Below are positions 8,626-17,313 of a stretch of DNA of 64,000 nucleotides, in pieces. The translations under genes and the position numbers were made by a program. Origin of the DNA: Gemmatimonadota bacterium (GTDB taxonomy: Bacteria; Gemmatimonadota; Gemmatimonadetes; Palauibacterales; Palauibacteraceae). Under the pieces are notes generated by a model. It was not told the DNA's origin and made no database searches. It worked only from the letters and a program-made list of their open reading frames with translations. The stretch lies in NCBI GenBank assembly GCA_039588275.1, contig JBDHAC010000004.1:1-64000 (forward strand). Direction: 5' to 3'. Each line of letters starts with the position of its first letter. Position 1 is the stretch's first letter.

Positions 8626-11600
8626 GGACGCCGAACGAGGTCACCAGGCGAGCGGTCGGTTCGATGGTCGGCGATTCACGCGTAGAACCCTCGCGGGCGG
8701 ACGTAGCCCGTTTGGGCGTCCCGGGCGCGGCGTGGTCACGCGCGCTCCTGCTCGGTGTCGCGTGCACCGTGGTGACGTCGATGGGCGTCTCGGCGCAGGC
8801 GCCTCCAGGCGGTCCCCCGGGCGCGAAGCCGCCTCCGCCCCTTCTGCTCAAGGCGGATCGGAAGGCCGAGTTCACCGCCACGCGCGGCACGTGGATGTCG
8901 CTCGACGTGAGTCCCGACGGCCAGAGGATCGTGTTCGATCTCCTCGGAGACCTGTACACGGTTCCGATCGAGGGTGGGCGGGCCACACGGATCACCGAGG
9001 GCATGGCGTACGACGCTCAGCCGCGCTTCAGCCCCGACGGCGAGACCCTCGTGTTCGTCTCCGACCGGAGCGGGGGCGACAACGTGTGGACGATGCGGCT
9101 CGATTTCACCGACACCACCCAGGTGACGCAGGGCAACAACAGCCTGTACGTCTCCCCCGAGTGGACCCCCGACGGCGAGCACGTCGTCGTGAGCCGCTCC
9201 GGCGGCTTGGGCGGAACGCACAAGCTCATGATGTACCACGTCGAGCGACGCGCTCCACTTCCCGTGGTCGCACAGCCGGCAACGCGGAAGATGTTGGGTG
9301 CCGCACCTGCGCCGGACGGGCGTTACATCTGGTATGCGGCCCGCACCGGCGACTGGAACTACAACGCGAGGTTCCCGCAGTACCAGCTCTACCGGTACGA
9401 CCGAGAGACCGGCAACTCGCTCCGCATGACGGGCCGCTACGGGTCGGGCTTTCGGCCCGCGATCTCGCCCGACGGCAATTGGCTCGTGTACGGCACGCGC
9501 GAGAACACCGATACGGGGCTCCGGGTGCGGAACCTGACGACCGGCGACGAGGAGTGGCTCGTCTTCCCGATCCAGCGCGACGACATGGAATCGCGCGCGA
9601 CCCTGGACGTGCTCCCGGGCTACGCATTCACGCCCGATTCGCGCGCCGTCGTCCTCTCGTACGACGGCCAGATCTGGCGCGTGCCGATGGACGGCGGGGA
9701 TCCGGTGAACATCCCGTTCGAGGCCGAGGTCAAGCTGGATGTGGGTCCCGAGGTGAAGTTCGCGTACGAGATCGACGTGAGCGAGGAGGTGACCGCGCGA
9801 CAGATTCGGCACCCCACCCCCTCTCCCGACGGGGGTCGGATCGCGTTCACGGCGTTCGACCGGCTGTGGATCAAGGACATGCCGGACGGCGACGCCAGCC
9901 GTTTGACCGACGCCGAGGTGGGCGAGTACCACCCGGCCTGGTCGCCGGATGGCCAATGGGTGGCGTACGTGACGTGGGATGACGCGGACGGCGGGCATAT
10001 CATGCGCGCACGCGCCGATGGGACGGGGCAGCCTGCGCAACTCACGGGCGTCCCGGCGCTCTACTACAACCTCGCCTGGTCGCCCGACGGGCAGCGCATC
10101 GTTGCGACCCGCGGCGCCGCGCGCGATCTGAAGCGAGCACCCGACATCTTCTTCGGTCCGCTGGGCGGCGAGTTCGTGTGGGTGCCGTCGGCCGGAGGGG
10201 AGGTGACGCTGATCGCCCCGACCGGTGGTCGGGACGTCGCGCACTTCCGTGCCGACGTGAACGACCGGATCTACGCCTACCGTCCTTCCGAGGGCCTGGT
10301 CTCGTTCCGCTGGGACGGCACCGACGTGAAACGACACCTGATCGTTCGCGGCGCACCGATCCCGACCGCCTCGAACCCGCACGAAGAGGCCTGGGAGGTG
10401 CTGCCGCGCAGGGTCTTCCCGGTGTTCAAGAGCGAGATCTACGGAGACGCCGAAGGAGCGAACGCCGCAGACGAGGCGCTCGAGCCCGCGGAGGGTGCTC
10501 CGCGGGCGCCGCCGGCCAGGCTCGTGCTGATCTCACCCCGGGGTGACCGGGCGGTCGCCCAGGTCGGAGCCCACATATACACGGTGGACATCCCCGAGAT
10601 CGGACCCTCGGCACCCACGATCTCGGTGGCGAACCCGGCCAGGGCGCCGGTTCAGGTCCGGCACCTCACGGAGATCGGCGGGGAGTTCCCCTCGTGGAGC
10701 GCCGACGGCGAGCGTGTCCACTGGGCGATCGGGAACGCGCTGTTCACATATGACCTCAGCCGGATCGAGGCGATCGAGGACAGCACGGTGCAGGAGACGC
10801 GCGACAAGGTCCGCCAGGCCCTCATCGCCCGCGGCATCATCGACAGCCTGAAGGCGACGCGGACGGTGGTGGACAGCCTGAGGAAGGACACTACCGTCGC
10901 GGTGGTGCCCGACTCGCTCCTCGCCAAGCTGAACGGCTTGATCGCCGACTCCGTGGAGATTCAGGCCGACTCGCTGATCGCGGCGGCCGAAAAGGCGCGT
11001 GCGCGTGCCGCGGCGATCCGTGAGCGAGCGGATTCGGTACGCACCGGGCTCGACACGCTGCGGGCCGACACCGTCTACAAACCGCTCGAGCGGCGGATCG
11101 AGGTCAAGCTGCCGCGGGACATCCCACGTGGTACGATGGTGCTCCGCGGCGGGCGCGTGCTCACGATGAAGGAGCACGAGATCATCGAGAATGCCGACGT
11201 CGTCGTGACCGACAACCGAATCGTGGCGGTGGGCACGACCGGCGAGGTCGAGGTGCCAGAGGGCGCGCAGGTCATCGACGTAACGGGCAAGACGCTGATC
11301 CCGGGGTTCGTCGACACCCACTACCATGCGCAGTGGCTCGTGCCGGAGATCCATCCGGGACAGACGTGGCAATACCTCACCAACCTGGCGTACGGCGTGA
11401 CGACGACGCGTGACCCCCAGACCGGGTCGACCGACATCCTGAGCTACAGCGATCGCGTCGAGACCGGCGGGATGGTGGGGCCGCGCATTTATTCGACGGG
11501 TCCCGGCGTGTTCCGGGGTGAGGCGATCCGGGACACCGCGCACGCCGAGTCGATTCTGAAGCGGTACAGCGAGTACTACGACACCAAGACTCTGAAGATG

Positions 11601-12416
11601 TACCTGTCGGGGAACCGGCAGCAGCGCCAGTGGATCATCAACGCGGCCAAGAAGCTGGAGCTGATGCCGACCACCGAAGGCGGGCTCGACTACAAGCTCG
11701 ACCTGACGCACGCGATCGACGGCTATCCGGGCATCGAGCACGCCCTGCCGATCGCACCGATCTTCGATGACGTCGTGCAGCTGTTCAAGGCGTCTCAGAC
11801 GACCAACAGCCCGACCCTGTTGGTTTCGTATGGTGGGCCGTTCGGCGAGAACTACTTCTACACCAAGGGCGGCATACACGACGACGAGAAGCTCCGCCGG
11901 TTCGCGCCGCACGCCAGCGTCGACGCGCGAACCCGCCGTCGCGGTCCGGGCGCGGGTGGCAGCCCGGGACAGTCGGGCTGGTTCCTGGATGAGGAGTACG
12001 TGTTCTCGAAGCACGCCGAGTTCATCAAGAAGCTGGTGGAGAACGATGCCCGGGCGGGTGTCGGCAGCCACGGGCAGCTCCAGGGCCTCGGATACCACTG
12101 GGAGCTCTGGGCGATGGGCTCCGGCGGGTTGTCGAACCATGACGCATTGCGCGTAGCGACGATATTCGGGGCCGAAGCGATCGGGTTCGGGAAGGACATC
12201 GGCACCGTCGAGGCCGGCAAGCTGGCCGACATCCTGGTGCTCGACGCCGATCCGCTCGCCGACCTGCACAACACCGCCCAGCTCCAGTACGTCATGAAGA
12301 ACGGCCGGCTGTACGACGCCGCAACGCTGGACGAAGTGTGGCCGCGCCAGCGCGCGCTCCCGATACCGCCATGGCGGGGTCAGGAACCGGACAGCGTGGG
12401 GGCGGGGATCCCCTAG
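8622..12416 (+). CDS. Secreted PD40/TolB beta-propeller + amidohydrolase protein (paralog 2, with ~100-aa insertion)
   Basis: ATG 8622 overlaps the upstream stop (ATGA) after GGAGG. Same architecture and motifs as paralog 1 (IPGFVDTHYH, GSHGQLQG, GKLADILVL). Confidence 0.9.
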   Translation: MRTPNEVTRRAVGSMVGDSRVEPSRADVARLGVPGAAWSRALLLGVACTVVTSMGVSAQAPPGGPPGAKPPPPLLLKADRKAEFTATRGTWMSLDVSPDGQRIVFDLLGDLYTVPIEGGRATRITEGMAYDAQPRFSPDGETLVFVSDRSGGDNVWTMRLDFTDTTQVTQGNNSLYVSPEWTPDGEHVVVSRSGGLGGTHKLMMYHVERRAPLPVVAQPATRKMLGAAPAPDGRYIWYAARTGDWNYNARFPQYQLYRYDRETGNSLRMTGRYGSGFRPAISPDGNWLVYGTRENTDTGLRVRNLTTGDEEWLVFPIQRDDMESRATLDVLPGYAFTPDSRAVVLSYDGQIWRVPMDGGDPVNIPFEAEVKLDVGPEVKFAYEIDVSEEVTARQIRHPTPSPDGGRIAFTAFDRLWIKDMPDGDASRLTDAEVGEYHPAWSPDGQWVAYVTWDDADGGHIMRARADGTGQPAQLTGVPALYYNLAWSPDGQRIVATRGAARDLKRAPDIFFGPLGGEFVWVPSAGGEVTLIAPTGGRDVAHFRADVNDRIYAYRPSEGLVSFRWDGTDVKRHLIVRGAPIPTASNPHEEAWEVLPRRVFPVFKSEIYGDAEGANAADEALEPAEGAPRAPPARLVLISPRGDRAVAQVGAHIYTVDIPEIGPSAPTISVANPARAPVQVRHLTEIGGEFPSWSADGERVHWAIGNALFTYDLSRIEAIEDSTVQETRDKVRQALIARGIIDSLKATRTVVDSLRKDTTVAVVPDSLLAKLNGLIADSVEIQADSLIAAAEKARARAAAIRERADSVRTGLDTLRADTVYKPLERRIEVKLPRDIPRGTMVLRGGRVLTMKEHEIIENADVVVTDNRIVAVGTTGEVEVPEGAQVIDVTGKTLIPGFVDTHYHAQWLVPEIHPGQTWQYLTNLAYGVTTTRDPQTGSTDILSYSDRVETGGMVGPRIYSTGPGVFRGEAIRDTAHAESILKRYSEYYDTKTLKMYLSGNRQQRQWIINAAKKLELMPTTEGGLDYKLDLTHAIDGYPGIEHALPIAPIFDDVVQLFKASQTTNSPTLLVSYGGPFGENYFYTKGGIHDDEKLRRFAPHASVDARTRRRGPGAGGSPGQSGWFLDEEYVFSKHAEFIKKLVENDARAGVGSHGQLQGLGYHWELWAMGSGGLSNHDALRVATIFGAEAIGFGKDIGTVEAGKLADILVLDADPLADLHNTAQLQYVMKNGRLYDAATLDEVWPRQRALPIPPWRGQEPDSVGAGIP

Positions 12417-12488
12417 CGGAGCACAAAGACTGGATCGGCCCGCGCCGGTCACGGGCCACCATCCGGGGGATTGCGAGGCGAAAGCGAA

Positions 12489-12519
12489 GAGCCCCACGGT
12501 GAGTCTCACCGTGGGGCTC
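12489..12519 (-). terminator. Intrinsic terminator, possibly bidirectional, between convergent operons
   Basis: Perfect 15-bp inverted repeat GAGCCCCACGGTGAG-T-CTCACCGTGGGGCTC, followed on the minus strand by TTCGCTTT. Confidence 0.75.
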
Positions 12520-12530
12520 CGGTCAGCCCG

Positions 12531-13043
12531 TCACCCGTCCGGGTCGGGGACGCCCAGGTCAAGGACCACTCGCCACACCCCATCCTCCCCGCGCTTCCAG
12601 ACGGTCGTGTATTGGCCTTCGGCGCGGACCGTGTCTCCTTCCGGGCTGACGACCTGCCGGAGATAGCGCCCGACCGTGTACCCCAGATCTCCGCCGCTTC
12701 CGACATCGGCGAACTGGGGCTCCCAGGTGAACCTGAGGTCGGGGTTCGCGAAGACCGGGGTCATGAACGACCGGATCGAGTCTCGTCCGCGAACTTCGCC
12801 CCCCGGAATGAGCATGACGCCGTCCTCTGCGAACGCGGCTACCCAGCCTTCAACACCGGCCCGCGCCGTCTCCTCGGCGAACAGGCGGTCCGCCTCCATG
12901 AGCTCCGCCGGGTCAGGTGGCGGTGCGTCCGGAGCCGGGAGATCGAGGCGTCCGGGCGGAGTCTCGGTCGTCGTCGGTGTGCAGCCGAGCGCGAGGGCCG
13001 TGATGGCGCTGACGATCGTCGGGGCGAGAGAGGTGTGAGTCAT
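12531..13043 (-). CDS. DUF4440/SnoaL (NTF2-like fold) lipoprotein
   Basis: ATG 13043 overlaps the zwf stop; lipobox LALG-C; FAEDGVM...RGRDSIR...SGGDLGYTVGRY...GQYTTVWKRGEDGVWRVVLDLG. Confidence 0.8.
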   Translation of the reverse strand: MTHTSLAPTIVSAITALALGCTPTTTETPPGRLDLPAPDAPPPDPAELMEADRLFAEETARAGVEGWVAAFAEDGVMLIPGGEVRGRDSIRSFMTPVFANPDLRFTWEPQFADVGSGGDLGYTVGRYLRQVVSPEGDTVRAEGQYTTVWKRGEDGVWRVVLDLGVPDPDG

Positions 13044-14530
13044 GACGAGACCTCGTTTGCATTTGGGTGCGGTGGAGGCTCCCGCCACTCGGCGAACTCT
13101 TCGCATAGAAGCTCGTCGGCTTCCTTCGGGCCCCAGCTCCCGGCCGCATACGTCCGCACCCGGTGCTCGGTTTCGAGCAGCGGGCTGAACAGCTCCCACG
13201 AAGCCTCGGCCTCATCGCCGTGTACGAACAGCGTCTGGTCGCCGGTCAGGACATCGAGGAGCAGGGTCTCGTACGCGTCCGGTACCGGGCCGAAGGCATC
13301 GCGGTAGAAGAAGTCGAGCGGCAGCGTCCGGAGCTGGAGCGGCTCGCCGGGGACCTTCACGTCGACGCACAACGCGAAGCCCTCGTTCGGCTGGAGCGTG
13401 AGATAGAGCACGTTCTGCTGGATCGCGCACATCCCCATGGTCTCGAACAGACACACCGGGGGCGCGTGGAAAGTGACCGCGATCTGGGTCAGGCGGCGGG
13501 GCAGGCGCTTCCCGGTGCGCAGGTAGAACGGTACGCCCTGCCAGCGCCACGTGTCGATCGACAGCTTGAGCGCGGCGAACGTCTCGGTCCTGGAGCCCGG
13601 CTCCACGCCCGGTGCCTCCAGATATCCGGGAACGGCCTCTCCATCCACCTCCCCCGAGGCGTACTGGGCGAGGACGACATCTTCGGGGCGGATCGAGGAG
13701 ACCGCGCGTAAGAGTTTGACCTTTTCGTACCGCACCGACTCCGCGTCGAAGGCGCTCGGCACCTCCATTCCCACGAGCGCGAGGAGCTGTGCCATGTGGT
13801 TCTGCACCATGTCACGCAGCGCGCCCGATTTGTCGTAGTAGCCGGCCCGGCGCCCGATACCGATGTCCTCGGCGACGGTGATCTGGACGCTTTCCACCCG
13901 GTCTCGGTTCCAGAGCGACTCGAACACCGTGTTGGCGAACCGGAACACGAGGAGGTTCTGGACGGTCTCCTTGCCCAGGTAGTGGTCGATCCGGTACACC
14001 TGCTCTTCGTCGAAATGGCGGTGGATCGTCTCGTTCAGCGCCCGGGCAGAGTCGAGGTCCCGCCCGAAGGGCTTCTCGACCACGAGACGCACCCACCCGG
14101 GTCCCTCGTTCAGCCGCGCGCGCGCGAGACCCTCGATCGCTCCGGTGAACACGCGGGGCGGGAGAGCCAGGTAGAAGACCCGGTTTCCGGGGAGGCTGCA
14201 GGTGCTCTCGATCTTTTCGATGCGCTTCCGGAGCGCCTCGTGGTCGGCGTCGTCGCCCTCTGGGAACGGCTGGTAATAGAGCCGCGCCGCGTCCACGGCC
14301 TCGAGATCCGCCTCCCCGAAACCGGCCTCCTCGAGCGCCTCACGCGCCCAGACCCGGAACGAGTCATCGTCCAGCTCGGTGCTGCGCGCCACGGCGAGGA
14401 CGGCGCGGGCCTTCCCCAGGTGCCCCTGTCTCGCCAGGCGGCGCAGGGCAGGGAACAGCTTGCGGCGGGTGAGATCGCCCGTGCCCCCGAGGATCACGAA
14501 CAGGTGGGGCTCGACGCGATACCCGCTCAT
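13040..14530 (-). CDS. zwf: Glucose-6-phosphate 1-dehydrogenase
   Basis: GGTGDL, EKPFG, RIDHYLGKE, RDMVQNH, RWQGVPFYLRTGK. Confidence 0.97.
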   Translation of the reverse strand: MSGYRVEPHLFVILGGTGDLTRRKLFPALRRLARQGHLGKARAVLAVARSTELDDDSFRVWAREALEEAGFGEADLEAVDAARLYYQPFPEGDDADHEALRKRIEKIESTCSLPGNRVFYLALPPRVFTGAIEGLARARLNEGPGWVRLVVEKPFGRDLDSARALNETIHRHFDEEQVYRIDHYLGKETVQNLLVFRFANTVFESLWNRDRVESVQITVAEDIGIGRRAGYYDKSGALRDMVQNHMAQLLALVGMEVPSAFDAESVRYEKVKLLRAVSSIRPEDVVLAQYASGEVDGEAVPGYLEAPGVEPGSRTETFAALKLSIDTWRWQGVPFYLRTGKRLPRRLTQIAVTFHAPPVCLFETMGMCAIQQNVLYLTLQPNEGFALCVDVKVPGEPLQLRTLPLDFFYRDAFGPVPDAYETLLLDVLTGDQTLFVHGDEAEASWELFSPLLETEHRVRTYAAGSWGPKEADELLCEEFAEWREPPPHPNANEVSS

Positions 14531-14557
14531 GCCCGATCCCTCCGGGGCATTGGCCCG

Positions 14558-15466
14558 TCAGTCATCGCGGCGCACGGCGTGTCCGCCGAACTGGTTGCGA
14601 AGCGCGGCCAACATGCGGTCCGCGTATGACTCTTCATCGCGAGAGCGAAGGCGCGCGAGCAGGGCCAGCGTGATCACCGGTGCCGGCACATCCTGCTCGA
14701 TGGCCTCGGCCACGGTCCAGCGACCCTCGCCCGAATCGGACACCCAGGGTGCGATCTCGGCCAGCTCTTGGTCCCCCGCCAGCGCGCGCGCAGCGAGATC
14801 CAACAACCAGGAGCGCACCACGGACCCGTGCCGCCAGATCTCCGCGACCTGGTGCAGGTCGAGCTGGAACTCGGTCTTGTGCTTGAGGATCGAGAACCCC
14901 TCCGCGAACGCCTGCATCATCCCGTACTCGATTCCGTTGTGCACCATCTTCACGTAGTGGCCGGCGCCGCTCGGTCCCACGTAGCCCCACCCGCGGTCGG
15001 GTGCGGGGGCCAGGGTCTCGAAGATCGGCCGGAGGCGCTCGGCGGCGTCCGGATCGCCTCCCACCATGAGCGAGTAGCCCTCGGCGAGGCCCCACACGCC
15101 GCCACTCGTCCCGACGTCGATCAGCTGCAGGCCGTGCTCGGCCAGCGCCTGCGCGCGGCGCAGCGTGTCCTTGTAGTTGGAGTTTCCACCCTCGATGATC
15201 ACATCCCCGGCGCTCAGGTGCGGAGCCAAGGCCTCGATCGTCGCGTCGGTCGGCGGCCCCGACGGCACCATGATCCACATGACGCGTGGTGTCTCCAGCT
15301 GGCCGGCCACGTCCTCCGCCGAGCCGGCGCCGATGGCCCCGTTCTCGACAGCTCGCGCCACTGCCTCCTCGCGGAGGTCGTAGGCGACGACCTCGTGACC
15401 GCCCTTCAGGAGCCGTTCGGTCATATTGGCCCCCATCTTCCCGAGGCCGACCATCGCGAGCTTCAT
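14558..15466 (-). CDS. gnd: 6-phosphogluconate dehydrogenase, short decarboxylating type
   Basis: GLGKMG, MVPSG, DVGTSGG, GHYVKMVHNGIEYG, DSGEGRW, LRNQFGGHAV. Confidence 0.95.
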   Translation of the reverse strand: MKLAMVGLGKMGANMTERLLKGGHEVVAYDLREEAVARAVENGAIGAGSAEDVAGQLETPRVMWIMVPSGPPTDATIEALAPHLSAGDVIIEGGNSNYKDTLRRAQALAEHGLQLIDVGTSGGVWGLAEGYSLMVGGDPDAAERLRPIFETLAPAPDRGWGYVGPSGAGHYVKMVHNGIEYGMMQAFAEGFSILKHKTEFQLDLHQVAEIWRHGSVVRSWLLDLAARALAGDQELAEIAPWVSDSGEGRWTVAEAIEQDVPAPVITLALLARLRSRDEESYADRMLAALRNQFGGHAVRRDD

Positions 15467-17208
15467 GCAGTCTCTCCGTGCGTGTCCGCGTAGTTGTCGA
15501 CGAGCTGAAGGAGTCGGTGCAGCCCGATCTCGGAGGGGCCGAGACGGATGCTCAGGACGCGTCGTCCGCGCTGGGACAGCGCGCCCAGGTCGCCATCCGC
15601 CTGGGCTCGGATCAGCTGCCCGAACGTGAAGTCCCGCTCGGGGACGGCGAGGTGGCTGGCGGCATCATCCACGAGTTGGAGGAAGACGCCGTTGTTCGCG
15701 CCGCCCTTGTGCAGCTGCCCTGTCGAGTGGAGGAAGCGAGGGCCGTACCCCAGGGTTGTCGCCGCACCGGTCGCGCCCGTGAGTGCCTCCCTGAGGGTTT
15801 GGAGTGTCTCGAGCTCTTCCTCGCTCCCGCCCGCCGTGTAGACCTGGATCCCCACGTAATCACCGGGCCCCGACTGCTCCAGGAAGTGGTCGAGGCGCGC
15901 CTGCAGCTCCTCGACGTCGACGCTCGCGGGGAGCGCGGAGCCCGCGTGTCCCCAGGGCGGCGTGTCCCACGCGAGGTCCAGCTCGACCTCTTCTTCGTCA
16001 GCGCCCTCGTAGATGTCCTCGCCCGCCATGGCGCGTTGGGCGAGCTCCTTGGCCACCTGCACATCGGGCTGGTTGAAGGGGTGGATGCCGAGCGCCGAAC
16101 CGGCCATTGCGACGGCGATCTCCCAGATGAGGAACAGGCCCCCGATCTGTTCGGGCGCGTCCAACTCGACTCGGATTACGGCGTGACCGGCCGCCTCGAG
16201 CGCCTCCAGGCGCTCCGGCGCGTCGTCGTCCTCGCCCCATTCGCCGGCTGCCGCCACGGCCTCGGGGGAATCGAGCAACCCGACGAAGACGCGATCACTC
16301 CCGTAGTCGGCGGGATCGAACGCCGGCTCGTGCGTGATCGGCACGATGCCCACCCCGTCCTTCCCGGTGCTCTCGGCGATGAGCTGCTCCGCCCAGTCCG
16401 GGAACGCGCTCCAGACGGGGCTCGTCACGAACGTCACCTTGTCACGCCCCGCGCGGGTCATCTCTGCCAGCGCCGCCCCGAGCTGAAAACCGGGGTTGTG
16501 CTCGATGCTCTCCACGCAAGCGTCGGCGGCCCGAGTCGCACGTTCGAGGAGCATGGCCGGGTCGATCCCCATCAGCGCGGCGGGCACGAGCCCGAACGCG
16601 CTCAGGGCCGAGAAGCGGCCACCCACATCCGGGGGTGCCTCGAAGACGCGCCGGAAGCCCCGCTCGCGGGCCAGCTCGACCAGCGAGCTGCCAGGGTCCG
16701 TGATCGCGATGAAATGATCGCCTGGCGATTCCACGACCTCCTGCGTGCGGGACCAGAAGTGGTGGAAGAGTGACAGCGTCTCGAGCGTCGTCCCGGACTT
16801 GCTCGCCACGATGAAGATCGCGTTCGCCGGGTTGAGCCAGTCGAGCTGCCCGATCGCGGTCGGGTGGGTCGTATCCAACAGGGTGAGCGGCAGCCCCTCG
16901 GCTCCCAGCGTCCGGGCCAGCACCTCCGGCGCCAGGCTCGACCCTCCCATGCCGAGGAGCACCACGTCGGAAATCCAGAACGGGACTCCGCCACGCAGCT
17001 CGGCCAGTTCAGGTACAAGACCCTGCGAGGTCTCGTGCAGGTCCAACCACCCCAGCCGGTCCGCCAGCTCGGGCGGCGGCGGGTCGGACGCCCACAGCGT
17101 CGTGTCCTTCGTCCATAGACGATCGACGGCGTCCGCCGATTCCCACTCCCGGAGCCGATCCTGGACCGCGTCGCGGGCCTCGCCGAGTGAAAGCTCGATA
17201 TGGATCAT
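15463..17208 (-). CDS. pgi: Glucose-6-phosphate isomerase (stand-alone form resembling the PGI half of Tal-Pgi fusions)
   Basis: RLGWL, GMGGSSL, ASKSGTTLET, ITDPGS, VGGRFSALS, EQLIAESTGK, FNQPDV, GYGPRFLHSTGQLHKGG. Start placed at the second Met (17208). Confidence 0.85.
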   Translation of the reverse strand: MIHIELSLGEARDAVQDRLREWESADAVDRLWTKDTTLWASDPPPPELADRLGWLDLHETSQGLVPELAELRGGVPFWISDVVLLGMGGSSLAPEVLARTLGAEGLPLTLLDTTHPTAIGQLDWLNPANAIFIVASKSGTTLETLSLFHHFWSRTQEVVESPGDHFIAITDPGSSLVELARERGFRRVFEAPPDVGGRFSALSAFGLVPAALMGIDPAMLLERATRAADACVESIEHNPGFQLGAALAEMTRAGRDKVTFVTSPVWSAFPDWAEQLIAESTGKDGVGIVPITHEPAFDPADYGSDRVFVGLLDSPEAVAAAGEWGEDDDAPERLEALEAAGHAVIRVELDAPEQIGGLFLIWEIAVAMAGSALGIHPFNQPDVQVAKELAQRAMAGEDIYEGADEEEVELDLAWDTPPWGHAGSALPASVDVEELQARLDHFLEQSGPGDYVGIQVYTAGGSEEELETLQTLREALTGATGAATTLGYGPRFLHSTGQLHKGGANNGVFLQLVDDAASHLAVPERDFTFGQLIRAQADGDLGALSQRGRRVLSIRLGPSEIGLHRLLQLVDNYADTHGETA

Positions 17209-17313
17209 CGCGTGATTGCGTTCAGTCGCGTGTCGGGCAGCATGGTTGATTCTCCGGATTCCGATGTCGGGGCACGGTCGAGCACCCGTCAGGTTCACGA
17301 TCGGGCGATCGAA

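Noticed and set aside
10533..12509. Long antisense ORFs (also 564-1904, 8736-10382, 20971-22824, 38981-40555, 45868-47628, 54022-55854)
   Set aside because: They mirror well-supported genes on the other strand and have no motifs; stop-poor antisense frames are expected at this GC content.
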